DNA from: Cedecea colo
GTDB taxonomy: Bacteria; Pseudomonadota; Gammaproteobacteria; Enterobacterales; Enterobacteriaceae
Length of the DNA stretch: 30,000 nucleotides
Assembly: GCF_011808225.1 (NCBI RefSeq)
Contig: NZ_SOYS01000006.1
Coordinates: forward strand, 49,764-79,763
Direction: 5' to 3'
Each line of letters opens with the position of its first letter. Positions within the stretch are counted from its first letter, which is position 1. Positions 9,291 through 18,072 of this stretch are shown here, in pieces. Both the position numbers and the translations under genes were made by a program. The notes beneath the pieces were generated by a model. The model was not told where the DNA came from. It saw only the letters and a program-made list of their open reading frames with translations, and did no database searches.

Positions 9291-9367
9291 TGGTGCATCC
9301 GGGAGGATTCGAACCTCCGACCGCTCGGTTCGTAGCCGAGTACTCTATCCAGCTGAGCTACGGATGC
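9291..9367 (-). tRNA. argV: tRNA-Arg (anticodon ACG)
   Basis: Identical 77-nt copy, 4 nt downstream of serV. Confidence 0.97.
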
Positions 9368-9371
9368 AAAA

Positions 9372-9464
9372 TGGCGGTGAGGCGGGGATTCGAACCCCGG
9401 ATGCAGCTTTTGACCGCATACTCCCTTAGCAGGGGAGCGCCTTCAGCCTCTCGGCCACCTCACC
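9372..9464 (-). tRNA. serV: tRNA-Ser (anticodon GCU), long variable arm
   Basis: The 93-nt reverse complement reads GGTGAGGTGGCCGAGAGGCTGAAGGCGCTCCCCTGCTAAGGGAGTATGCGGTCAAAAGCTGCATCCGGGGTTCGAATCCCCGCCTCACCGCCA. The anticodon loop is CTGCTAA. Confidence 0.97.
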
Positions 9465-9526
9465 ACACGCCTCTTTCGAGTCGCACCGCTGAACTTGTTT
9501 CTGCTCATCGGCACTGCGTGGCGCAC

Positions 9527-9554
9527 ATATTACTTTCCCGCACTTATAAGTCAA
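9527..9554 (-). promoter_or_regulatory. Candidate sigma70 promoter of the serV-argVYZQ tRNA operon
   Basis: The minus strand reads TTGACT-16 nt-TAATAT followed by the GC-rich discriminator GTGCGCC, which is typical of stringently controlled stable-RNA promoters. An A-rich stretch (GGGAAAAATTG) lies upstream. It sits about 60 nt upstream of the serV 5' end. Confidence 0.5.
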
Positions 9555-9755
9555 ACAATTTTTCCCGACCCGGTATCAATTGCACAAATCACATGCAATT
9601 CGCGTAATTTGGAAACAAAAAGAGTGTTTTATCAACAGGCCGGATCGTGATTCCAGAAAAAAAGCGGGCAAGGTTTTTCGAAGTTAATTGAGCGTTGAGG
9701 ATGATGCAGGAAAGATAACAGAGGCAAAACTGAAAAAAGCGGGCAATGAAAGGAG

Positions 9756-9780
9756 CGTCTCGCCAGTAACTGGCGAGACG
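9756..9780 (-). terminator. Hairpin/terminator immediately downstream of csrA
   Basis: Perfect 11-bp stem CGTCTCGCCAG-TAA-CTGGCGAGACG, 8 nt after the csrA stop. The downstream minus-strand sequence is T-rich (CTCCTTTCATTGCCCGCTTTTTT). Confidence 0.55.
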
Positions 9781-9788
9781 CAGTAACT

Positions 9789-9974
9789 TTAGTAACTCGT
9801 TTGTTGCGATTTTTCAGCCTGGATACGTTGGTAGATCTCTTCACGGTGCACAGAGACTTCTTTCGGGGCGTTCACACCAATACGAACCTGGTTACCTTTC
9901 ACCCCAAGCACTGTCACGGTCACCTCATCCCCAATCATGAGGGTCTCACCAACTCGACGAGTCAGAATAAGCAT
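9789..9974 (-). CDS. csrA: Carbon storage regulator CsrA
   Basis: 61 aa, [60 protein letters not shown], essentially identical to E. coli CsrA. Confidence 0.97.
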   Translation of the reverse strand: MLILTRRVGETLMIGDEVTVTVLGVKGNQVRIGVNAPKEVSVHREEIYQRIQAEKSQQTSY

Positions 9975-10222
9975 TCTTTGCTCCTTGAAAGATTAAAAGA
10001 GTCGGGTCTCTGGTGTATCCCGGCATTATCCATCATATAACGCCAAAAAGTAAGCGATGACAAACACATAAAGTGTAAGCAGTCACGGCATTACATTCTG
10101 TTATGAGTAAGTTTAGCCGATATACTCAACTTCAACCTGACTTTATCATTATCGATAGTATGCAAATGTTCGGGTGCCGTTTCACAAAATGATACCGGCA
10201 CCCGCTTGCACTTTATTTTTAC

Positions 10223-12850
10223 TTAGAGTTTAGTCGCGACCCATGCTTCCACGCCGGACAGCGCGCCAGGCAACGCAGCCGCATCTGTGCCTCCCGCCTG
10301 AGCCATGTCCGGACGACCGCCACCCTTGCCTCCAACCTGCTGTGCAACCATCCCCACCAGTTCCCCCGCCTTAACGCGGTCAGTTACATCTTTGGAGACG
10401 CCAGCAATCAGAGAAACCTTACCTTCCGACACGGTGGCCAGAACTATTACCGCTGAGCCAAGCTGGTTTTTCAGATCGTCAACCATAGTGCGCAACATCT
10501 TCGGTTCAACGTTGCCCAGCTCGCTTACCAACAGTTTTACGCCTTTTACTTCTACTGCCCTGCTGGAAAGGTTTGCGCTCTCCTGCGAAGCTTGTTGCTC
10601 TTTTAACTGCTGCAGCTCTTTCTCCAGCTGACGGGTACGCTCCAGTACGGAACGCACTTTATCGTTGAGGTTCTGGCTGTCGCCTTTGAGCAGTTGAGCA
10701 ATATCATGCAGCTGGTCGCTTTGCGTATGCAGATTAGCCAGAGCGCCTTCGCCCGTAACCGCCTCAATACGACGAACGCCAGCAGCAGTTCCTGATTCCG
10801 CTACGATGCGGAACAGGCCGATATCACCGGTACGGCTGGCGTGAGTACCGCCACACAGCTCGGTTGAGAAATCGCCCATGCTTAATACACGCACATGGTC
10901 ATCATATTTCTCGCCAAACAGCGCCATGGCCCCCTTCGCTTTCGCCGCTTCGAGATCCATGACGTTGGTTTCGATTGGCAGATTACGACGAATTTGGGCG
11001 TTAACGATATCCTCAACCGCGCGAACGTCACCCGGCTTCATCGCTTCGAAATGGGAGAAGTCGAAGCGCAGACCTTTATCGTTAACCAGAGAGCCTTTCT
11101 GAGCCACATGCGTGCCCAGAACCTGACGCAGCGCTGCATGCAGCAGGTGCGTTGCGGAGTGGTTCAGGCGAATGCGCGCGCGGCGCCCTTCATCCACTTC
11201 AGCCTTCACGTTATCGCCAACTTTCAGCACGCCGCAGGCGAGCTTGCCCAGATGACCAATTGCCTGACCGTATTTTTGCGTATCGCTGACGGCGAAGTCG
11301 ATACCGTTACCTTTAATTGCGCCTTTATCGCCAACCTGGCCACCGGATTCGCCGTAGAACGGCGTCTCGTTCAGCACCACTACCGCTTCCTGACCGGCCG
11401 CTACCTGCTCAACGGCTTTGCCGTCAACGAACAGCGCGGTCACTTTTGCGTTCAGATCGAGGTGGTCATAGCCTTTAAAAGCTGAAGCAGAATCCACGCG
11501 GATCATGCTGTTGTAGTCGGCGCCGAAACCGCTGGACTCGCGTGCACGACGGCGTTGCTCTTCCATTGCAGCTTCAAAACCGGCTTCGTCTACCTTCAGG
11601 TTTCGCTCGCGGCAAACGTCAGCCGTCAGGTCAACCGGGAAACCGTAAGTGTCATACAGGCGGAAAGCGGTTTCGCCATCCAGCGTATCACCTTTCAGAT
11701 TTGCTAACTCTTCATCCAGCAACGCCAGGCCGCGTTCCAGGGTACGGGCAAACTGCTCTTCTTCCGTTTTCAGCACCTGCTCAACAAGCGCCTGCTGGCT
11801 TTTCAGTTCATCACCGGCAGAACCCATCACATCAACCAGCGGGCCAACCAGCTTATAGAAGAATGTCTCTTTCGCGCCCAGCATGTTGCCGTGGCGGACT
11901 GCACGACGAATGATACGACGCAGAACGTAACCGCGGCCTTCGTTAGACGGCGTAACGCCATCCGCAACGAGGAAGGCGCAAGAGCGAATATGATCGGCAA
12001 TAACGCGCAGGGACTTGCTGGTCAAATCCGTAGCGCCGGTCACGCTGGCAACGGACTGGATCAGCTTGCTGAACAGATCGATTTCATAGTTGGAATTAAC
12101 GTGCTGCAGAACGGCAGCAATACGCTCCAGACCCATACCGGTATCAACCGACGGTTTCGGCAGCGGCAGCATGGTGCCATCCTGCTGACGGTTGAACTGC
12201 ATGAAGACGATATTCCAGATTTCGATATAACGGTCGCCATCTTCTTCGGCGCTGCCCGGAGGGCCGCCCCAGATGTGATCGCCATGATCGAAGAAAATCT
12301 CGGTGCACGGACCGCAAGGACCGGTATCGCCCATCTGCCAGAAGTTATCAGACGCGTAGGCCGCACCTTTGTTGTCGCCGATGCGAATAATGCGCTCACG
12401 CGGAACGCCAACTTCTTTTTCCCAGATTTCAAAGGCTTCGTCGTCGGTTTCGTATACGGTCACCCACAAACGATCTTTTGGCAGATTGAACCATTGTTCG
12501 CCGGTCAGTAACTCCCAGGCGAAGTTGATAGCGTCGTGTTTGAAGTAGTCACCGAAGCTGAAGTTACCCAGCATTTCGAAGAACGTATGATGACGTGCGG
12601 TGTAACCGACATTTTCCAGATCGTTGTGTTTACCACCCGCACGCACGCAACGTTGCGACGTTGTGGCACGGGAGTAATTACGCTTATCGAGGCCCAGGAA
12701 AACATCCTTGAACTGGTTCATCCCGGCGTTGGTAAACAGCAAAGTCGGATCGTTATTCGGAACCAGGGAACTGCTCGCTACAACCTGGTGACCTTTACTA
12801 TGGAAAAAATCGAGAAACGCCTGACGGATCTCAGCGGTGCTCTTGCTCAT
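10223..12850 (-). CDS. alaS: Alanine-tRNA ligase
   Basis: 875 aa. The N-terminus is [24 protein letters not shown], with class II core motifs and the editing-domain [11 protein letters not shown] motif. Syntenic with csrA and recX. Confidence 0.97.
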   Translation of the reverse strand: MSKSTAEIRQAFLDFFHSKGHQVVASSSLVPNNDPTLLFTNAGMNQFKDVFLGLDKRNYSRATTSQRCVRAGGKHNDLENVGYTARHHTFFEMLGNFSFGDYFKHDAINFAWELLTGEQWFNLPKDRLWVTVYETDDEAFEIWEKEVGVPRERIIRIGDNKGAAYASDNFWQMGDTGPCGPCTEIFFDHGDHIWGGPPGSAEEDGDRYIEIWNIVFMQFNRQQDGTMLPLPKPSVDTGMGLERIAAVLQHVNSNYEIDLFSKLIQSVASVTGATDLTSKSLRVIADHIRSCAFLVADGVTPSNEGRGYVLRRIIRRAVRHGNMLGAKETFFYKLVGPLVDVMGSAGDELKSQQALVEQVLKTEEEQFARTLERGLALLDEELANLKGDTLDGETAFRLYDTYGFPVDLTADVCRERNLKVDEAGFEAAMEEQRRRARESSGFGADYNSMIRVDSASAFKGYDHLDLNAKVTALFVDGKAVEQVAAGQEAVVVLNETPFYGESGGQVGDKGAIKGNGIDFAVSDTQKYGQAIGHLGKLACGVLKVGDNVKAEVDEGRRARIRLNHSATHLLHAALRQVLGTHVAQKGSLVNDKGLRFDFSHFEAMKPGDVRAVEDIVNAQIRRNLPIETNVMDLEAAKAKGAMALFGEKYDDHVRVLSMGDFSTELCGGTHASRTGDIGLFRIVAESGTAAGVRRIEAVTGEGALANLHTQSDQLHDIAQLLKGDSQNLNDKVRSVLERTRQLEKELQQLKEQQASQESANLSSRAVEVKGVKLLVSELGNVEPKMLRTMVDDLKNQLGSAVIVLATVSEGKVSLIAGVSKDVTDRVKAGELVGMVAQQVGGKGGGRPDMAQAGGTDAAALPGALSGVEAWVATKL

Positions 12851-12989
12851 AATTATCCTGAAATCAAGCTAACGAGGAGTTGTAAACCAGACATCCCTCG
12901 CAGCGATGCTGAAGAGATGACCAGTTTACCTGGAAAAAAGTGGGAATAAGATAAGTTTTCTTACCGGGGAAGTAAAATCCCGTATGGGC

Positions 12990-13502
12990 CTAATCGGCAA
13001 AATTCCGATAGATGCCCTGGATATCTTCCATAAAGAAGCCACGATACAGAAGAAAACGCTGCACCTTAGCACGCTCTTTCCACTCCGTTGGCAGCGGCTC
13101 GCCGAACTTTCTTTCCGCGATTTCCCGTGCTATTGCCTGCCACTCTATTTCGCAATCCATCATGGCCGCTTCACCCGTGGCCCGGTCGATGCCTTTTTGC
13201 TGTAGCTCCTGGCGAATACGCTGCGGTCCGTAACCTTTACGGCTGCGGCTGGCGATGAAACGTGCGGCAAACTGGGCGTCATCCAGCCAGCGATGCTCAT
13301 AGCACCAGGCAATTACCTTTTCGATATCTTCCGGGGTAAAGCCAGGCTGGTCGTTATTGTTGCTGCCAGGAAAAGTGGGTGCTGCGGTAAGCTTGCGACG
13401 GAGCTCATGTTCGCTGTGATCGCGCATAGCGAGGATACGGGTGGCTTTATCCAGTAAACGGGCATAGGCGCTTCGGCGGGGATTTGGGTTTGATTCGGAC
13501 AT
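12990..13502 (-). CDS. recX: RecA regulator RecX
   Basis: 170 aa. [27 protein letters not shown]...[24 protein letters not shown]...[14 protein letters not shown] matches E. coli RecX and lies directly downstream of recA. Confidence 0.9.
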   Translation of the reverse strand: MSESNPNPRRSAYARLLDKATRILAMRDHSEHELRRKLTAAPTFPGSNNNDQPGFTPEDIEKVIAWCYEHRWLDDAQFAARFIASRSRKGYGPQRIRQELQQKGIDRATGEAAMMDCEIEWQAIAREIAERKFGEPLPTEWKERAKVQRFLLYRGFFMEDIQGIYRNFAD

Positions 13503-13553
13503 AACAGATGACCTGTTAAGAAGGCTGAGATAAATACGTTAAAACAGAAATAA

Positions 13554-13579
13554 ACAGGGGCTGCCGTGGCAACCCCTGT
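13554..13579 (-). terminator. recA-recX intergenic hairpin (partial terminator)
   Basis: ACAGGGG...CCCCTGT stem between the recA stop (13586) and recX start (13502), followed on the minus strand by TTATTTCTGTTTT. A leaky terminator at this position is known in E. coli. Confidence 0.5.
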
Positions 13580-13585
13580 TGAAAA

Positions 13586-14674
<1,089 letters not shown>

Positions 14675-14719
14675 TCACGAATGCGTCACGCTGCGTTCTT
14701 AATACGATTTGTTGAGCCA

Positions 14720-14747
14720 ATTATACTGTATAGTCATACAGTATCAA
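14720..14747 (-). promoter_or_regulatory. recA promoter with LexA SOS box
   Basis: The minus strand reads TTGATA (14747-14742), 16 nt spacer, TATAAT (14725-14720). The 20-bp palindromic LexA box TACTGTATAGTCATACAGTA (14724-14743, CTGT-N8-ACAG) spans the spacer and -10, as at E. coli recA. Confidence 0.85.
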
Positions 14748-15243
14748 GCTTATTTTTTAGAAATTCTTCCCACAGGGTTTGCAGCGCATATTCAGTGGAT
14801 TTGCGCCTGATTGCCTCGCGGTCGCCTTCGAAATACTGATGATGCGCAACGGTGCCATCCTGCTTTGAAGCAAAGCCGAACCACACGGTGCCGACGGGTT
14901 TTTCTTCGCTGCCGCCGTTCGGCCCGGCTATGCCGCTAACTGAAATAGCATAGTCGGCACCCGCCGCGTAGAGCGCGCCTTGCGCCATTTCCCGCACCAC
15001 CGCTTCGCTCACCGCGCCATGCGTTTCCAGCGTGTCGCTTCCGACGCCGATCATTTGATGTTTAGCATCATTACTGTAGGTAACAAAGCCGCGTTCAAAC
15101 CAGGCGGAACTGCCCGAAACATCGGTAATAACTTTGGCTATCCACCCGCCCGTACAGGATTCTGCCGTGGTGACAGTAGCTCCCAGAAGTCCAAGCGCTT
15201 CACCCACCTGATGACTTAATTGACGCAAAGTGTTGTCTGCCAT
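14734..15243 (-). CDS. pncC: NMN amidohydrolase PncC (CinA-like, YgaD)
   Basis: 169 aa from the ATG at 15243 (GGAG SD 7 nt upstream). ...GATVTTAESCTGGWIAKVITDVSGSSAWFERGFVTYSN..K..MIGV...GAVSE.VV.EMA.GAL...ADYA.S.SGIAGP.GGSEEKPVGTVWF matches E. coli PncC. Confidence 0.85.
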   Translation of the reverse strand: MADNTLRQLSHQVGEALGLLGATVTTAESCTGGWIAKVITDVSGSSAWFERGFVTYSNDAKHQMIGVGSDTLETHGAVSEAVVREMAQGALYAAGADYAISVSGIAGPNGGSEEKPVGTVWFGFASKQDGTVAHHQYFEGDREAIRRKSTEYALQTLWEEFLKNKLDTV

Positions 15244-15342
15244 GGCTTGCTCCGATTGTAGACGCATCACAAAACATTACGATAGCACTTTACCGCGCTT
15301 TCAGGGGCTTACATCGCGAACCTCGAGGTGGATTCCAGGAAT

Positions 15343-15366
15343 GAAAAAGGCCAGCTAATGCTGGCC
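15343..15366 (-). terminator. Terminator of the metal ABC operon
   Basis: GGCCAGC-TAAT-GCTGGCC hairpin 8 nt after the SBP stop, followed on the minus strand by TTTTTC. Confidence 0.6.
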
Positions 15367-15373
15367 GAAGGGA

Positions 15374-16252
15374 TTACTTCATGCTGTTGGCGATCGTTTC
15401 CACGTTATGCTTAAACGCCATTTCATAGGTGCTGGCCGGGCCGCCAGCAGGTGACAAGGCTTCAGGATAAAGCTCCCCTCCGGGCTGTGCGCCGCTGGCT
15501 TTAGCAATCTGCTGCACGAGGCGCGGATCGGTCTGGTTCTCAATAAAATAGGTTTTAATGTGCTGCACCTTAAGCTGCTTAATTAAAGCCGCGACATCAG
15601 CGGCGCTGGCTTCTGCTTCAGTAGAAAACCCCACAGGCGCAAGGAAGGTTACGCCATAAGCCTTACCAAAGTATCCGAAGGCATCGTGGCTGGTCAGCAC
15701 GTGGCGGCGAGCTTTGGGAACAGCTGCAAAACGGGTTTTAGCCCAGCTATCGAGCAGCTTTAAGCGCGTAACGTACTCATTCCCTGCCTCACGAATCGCC
15801 GGCGCGTCTTCCGGGTCGACGGCCATTAGCGCCTGCATAATATTGCCGGCATAGATTGCCCCATTTTCAGCGCTGTTCCATGCGTGGGGATCGGTTATCG
15901 TTTTGCCATCTTCATTCATGCTGCGCGTATCAACGCCCTGCGAGGCCACAATCACTTTACCTTTGTAGCCAGAGGCACTCACCAGCCGGTCCATCCACCC
16001 TTCCATACCCAGCCCGCTGACTATCACCACATCGGCATGGCTCAGTGCCACGCTGTCCTTCGGCGAAGGCTCAAAGCTGTGCGGGTCGCCGTCCGGGCCG
16101 ACCAGGCTTGTGACGGTAACATGCTCGCCACCCACCTGCTTTGCCATATCCGCCAGCACGGTAAAACTGGTTACTACATGCAAATTTTTCGCCAGTACCG
16201 CCTGGCTGAAAAGTACCAGCATCAAAGACAGCGTTATTGCAGAACGTTTCAT
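15374..16252 (-). CDS. Metal (probably zinc) ABC transporter periplasmic substrate-binding protein, cluster A-I (ZnuA/TroA/PsaA family)
   Basis: 292 aa with a signal peptide (MKRSAITLSLMLVLFSQAVLA). Family motifs are DPHSFEPSP, DPHAWNS and TSHDAFGYFGKAYG. The start overlaps the permease stop (ATGA). Confidence 0.85.
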   Translation of the reverse strand: MKRSAITLSLMLVLFSQAVLAKNLHVVTSFTVLADMAKQVGGEHVTVTSLVGPDGDPHSFEPSPKDSVALSHADVVIVSGLGMEGWMDRLVSASGYKGKVIVASQGVDTRSMNEDGKTITDPHAWNSAENGAIYAGNIMQALMAVDPEDAPAIREAGNEYVTRLKLLDSWAKTRFAAVPKARRHVLTSHDAFGYFGKAYGVTFLAPVGFSTEAEASAADVAALIKQLKVQHIKTYFIENQTDPRLVQQIAKASGAQPGGELYPEALSPAGGPASTYEMAFKHNVETIANSMK

Positions 16253-17133
16253 TTAATCCCCCTATTGATTAATAACCTGGCCCGGTACAAATTCCGGGTT
16301 AATCCACTGCGTGGACCGAAAAGAATCGAGATAAAAAATGCCCCGCTGGCGGTCAGAACGATGGCCGGACCGGCAGGAAGCGTGGCGTAAAACGACCACG
16401 CCAGCCCGAGCCATGCGCAAAACAGGCCGCAAAGCACAGCAATGACCATCGTGCCCGGTAAGGTTTTTGCCCAGCAGCGGGCGGATACGGCAGGCAGTAT
16501 CATTAAGCCTACGGACATCAACGTGCCGAGAATCTGAAAACCCGCCACCAGATTCAGCACCAGCAGCGCGAGGAAAATACCGTGCAGGAGATGAGGCGTC
16601 AGGCGGCTATTGACGCGCAGGTAAACGCGATCGAACGTTTCCATCACCAGGCCGCGATAAAACAAGGCAAGCAGAATCAACGTGGCGCTGGCAATAATGC
16701 CCACGAAAACCGTCGCCTGGCTGTCTATGGCGAGGATAGAACCAAAGAGCAAATGCAGCAGATCGACACTGGAGCCACGCAGTGAAATCAGCGTCACGCC
16801 CAGCGCCAGCGAGCCGAGATAGAACCCGGCAAAGCTCGCATCTTCTTTGAGGTTGGTGCGGGCGCTTACCAGGCCCGAAGCCAGCGCAACCACGGCTCCC
16901 GCCACAAATCCGCCGATCCCCATTGCCAGCAGCGACATTCCGGCCAGCAAATAGCCCACCGCTACGCCTGGCAAAATGGCGTGCGACAGCGCATCTCCAA
17001 CCAGGCTCATGCGCCGCAGCAAAAGAAAAATACCCAACGGAGCGGTACTTAGCGACAGAGCCAGGCACGCCACCAGCGCACGGCGCATAAAGCCGTAATC
17101 GACAAAGGGTGCAATTAAGAAGTGATAAATCAT
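16249..17133 (-). CDS. Metal ABC transporter permease (ZnuB/TroC-like, ABC-3 family)
   Basis: 294 aa from the ATG at 17133 (MIYHFLIAPFVDYGFMRRALVA...), polytopic and hydrophobic. The ATG overlaps the ATPase TGA (ATGA at 17130-17133). The 37 extra codons in the track ORF run through the ATPase 3' end. Confidence 0.85.
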   Translation of the reverse strand: MIYHFLIAPFVDYGFMRRALVACLALSLSTAPLGIFLLLRRMSLVGDALSHAILPGVAVGYLLAGMSLLAMGIGGFVAGAVVALASGLVSARTNLKEDASFAGFYLGSLALGVTLISLRGSSVDLLHLLFGSILAIDSQATVFVGIIASATLILLALFYRGLVMETFDRVYLRVNSRLTPHLLHGIFLALLVLNLVAGFQILGTLMSVGLMILPAVSARCWAKTLPGTMVIAVLCGLFCAWLGLAWSFYATLPAGPAIVLTASGAFFISILFGPRSGLTRNLYRARLLINRGIK

Positions 17134-17825
17134 GCGGATAACGCCAGATTCAGGCTTGTGGATGGATAATGAGGCAGGATCTCTGCGGCCCTTCCCCAGC
17201 GACAGGCTTCCGGGCTGAGCAGCAAAACCTGTGGGAAATGGCATTTCACTAACGCATTGTCATGCAGCACCGCGATAATCGTTCTCCCGGCATCATGCAT
17301 CTGGCAGATCAGCTTCATCAGGAAACCGCTTGTTTGCGCATCAATACCGCTGAAGGGTTCATCCAGCAGAACCAGCGGCGCATTCTGCACCAGCAAGCGC
17401 GCAAAAAGCATGCGCTGAAACTGTCCGCCGGAAAGCGTTTCAATGGGTTGCCGATGTAGTTCACTCAGCCCGACACGCTCGAGGGCTTCATAAACATGCT
17501 GGCGATGCTGGCGATGAAACCCGGAAAACAGGCCGCGATCGGGCCAGTTTCCCATGCACGCCACATCATAAACCGTCGCAGGGAACTGGCGATCCATCTC
17601 GGCAAGCTGTGGCAGCCAGGCAGCGCGGGGCGCAGAACCACCCGCAAAAGAGATATGCCCGGATACCGGCGGTTGCAATCGCAGCAGCGTCTTAAGGAGC
17701 GTGGACTTTCCTGTACCATTTGCCCCAATAATCGCCGTCATGCTGCCCGCGGCAAACGTACCGTTCAGAGGCCGGGTTACCGCTTTGTCGTGGTAGCCTG
17801 CAACCAGGTGTTCAAGGGTAATCAT
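17130..17825 (-). CDS. Metal ABC transporter ATP-binding protein (ZnuC-like)
   Basis: 231 aa from the ATG at 17825 (MITLEHLVAGYHDKAV...). It has Walker A GANGTGKST, signature LSGGQFQR and Walker B LVLLDEP. The 43-codon upstream extension in the track (TTG at 17954) has no ABC-family counterpart. Confidence 0.85.
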   Translation of the reverse strand: MITLEHLVAGYHDKAVTRPLNGTFAAGSMTAIIGANGTGKSTLLKTLLRLQPPVSGHISFAGGSAPRAAWLPQLAEMDRQFPATVYDVACMGNWPDRGLFSGFHRQHRQHVYEALERVGLSELHRQPIETLSGGQFQRMLFARLLVQNAPLVLLDEPFSGIDAQTSGFLMKLICQMHDAGRTIIAVLHDNALVKCHFPQVLLLSPEACRWGRAAEILPHYPSTSLNLALSA

Positions 17826-17941
17826 GGCAGTGCTATCGCCCAGAGGATCGTTACCCACAGAAGCGATAACAGAAGCAGAACGACACCAAAACGCAGCGGG
17901 GCTGACGCGGTGAATAATGTGCGATCGGGAAAGTTTGGCAT
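17822..17941 (-). CDS. Candidate 39-aa single-pass membrane micro-protein, first cistron of the metal ABC operon
   Basis: ATG at 17941-17939 to TGA at 17824-17822 encodes MPNFPDRTLFTASAPLRFGVVLLLLSLLWVTILWAIALP. Its stop overlaps the ATPase ATG as ATGA, the same junction used at the next two cistron boundaries. The hydrophobic core is about 21 residues. SD is weak. It is too short to appear in the ORF track. Confidence 0.4.
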   Translation of the reverse strand: MPNFPDRTLFTASAPLRFGVVLLLLSLLWVTILWAIALP

Positions 17942-17961
17942 AGCAGGCGCTCAAATTGATT

Positions 17962-17976
17962 TGTTATAACATAACA
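17962..17976. promoter_or_regulatory. Zur-box-like operator overlapping a candidate promoter
   Basis: TGTTATAACATAACA is an inverted repeat TGTTAT-N3-ATAACA matching the gammaproteobacterial Zur consensus TGTTATANTATAACA at 14/15 positions. On the minus strand, TTTACA-17 nt-TATGTT places the -10 inside the box. It lies 21 nt upstream of the micro-ORF ATG. Confidence 0.6.
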
Positions 17977-18047
17977 TAAATCACGTTGAGCGCATTGTAA
18001 ATTGCTGATTTACACTTCGCCTGAAACGAAGCGTAGCGCACAAAAAT

Positions 18048-18066
18048 AGCGGGCTGTTAACCCGCC
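18048..18066 (-). terminator. Possible mltB terminator
   Basis: Short GC stem (GCGGG/CCCGC, loop CTGTTAA) a few nt after the mltB stop, followed on the minus strand by TATTTTTGT. Confidence 0.35.
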
Positions 18067-18072
18067 GTTCTT

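Larger units (their letters stand above)
8336..9367 (-). repeat. Tandem ~273-bp repeat array: four tRNA-Arg genes, three ~196-bp homologous spacers and one trailing partial spacer
   Basis: The tRNA copies start at 8473, 8746, 9018 and 9291 (periods 273, 272, 273). Spacers 8550-8745, 8823-9017 and 9095-9290 are mutually similar. 8336-8472 is a fourth copy of the right-hand two thirds of the spacer. Confidence 0.9.

Noticed and set aside
8271-9298. Long minus-strand ORFs of 190 aa (8271-8843) and 145 aa (8861-9298) with internally repeated peptide sequence.
   Set aside because: They read straight through the tRNA-Arg genes and the repeated spacers. The repeated protein sequence is simply the translated DNA repeat, and no start context or protein-family resemblance is present.
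8473-9367. Regularly spaced identical 77-bp units separated by similar-length spacers, which superficially resemble a CRISPR array.
   Set aside because: The repeats are complete tRNA-Arg genes, and the spacers are homologous to each other rather than unique. The period (~273 bp) is far too long, and no cas genes are present.
8819-9607. Plus-strand ORFs 8819-9121 and 9290-9607 (100 and 105 aa).
   Set aside because: They are antisense translations of the tRNA genes and spacers. Both contain the same peptide HPGGFEPPTARFVAEYSIQLSYGC, which is the tRNA sequence read in frame.
16607-17068. A 153-aa minus-strand ORF inside the permease gene in another frame, and the 331-aa extended permease ORF.
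   Set aside because: These are alternative-frame artefacts of GC-rich coding sequence, giving an Arg/Gly/Ala-rich low-complexity translation. The permease frame has clear TM-segment periodicity and ATGA coupling on both sides.
17826-17954. A 43-codon N-terminal extension of the ABC ATPase ORF starting at TTG 17954.
   Set aside because: It has no similarity to ABC ATPase N-termini, which normally begin about 30 residues before Walker A, as the ATG at 17825 provides. The region is better explained by the 39-codon micro-ORF in another frame with an ATGA junction.
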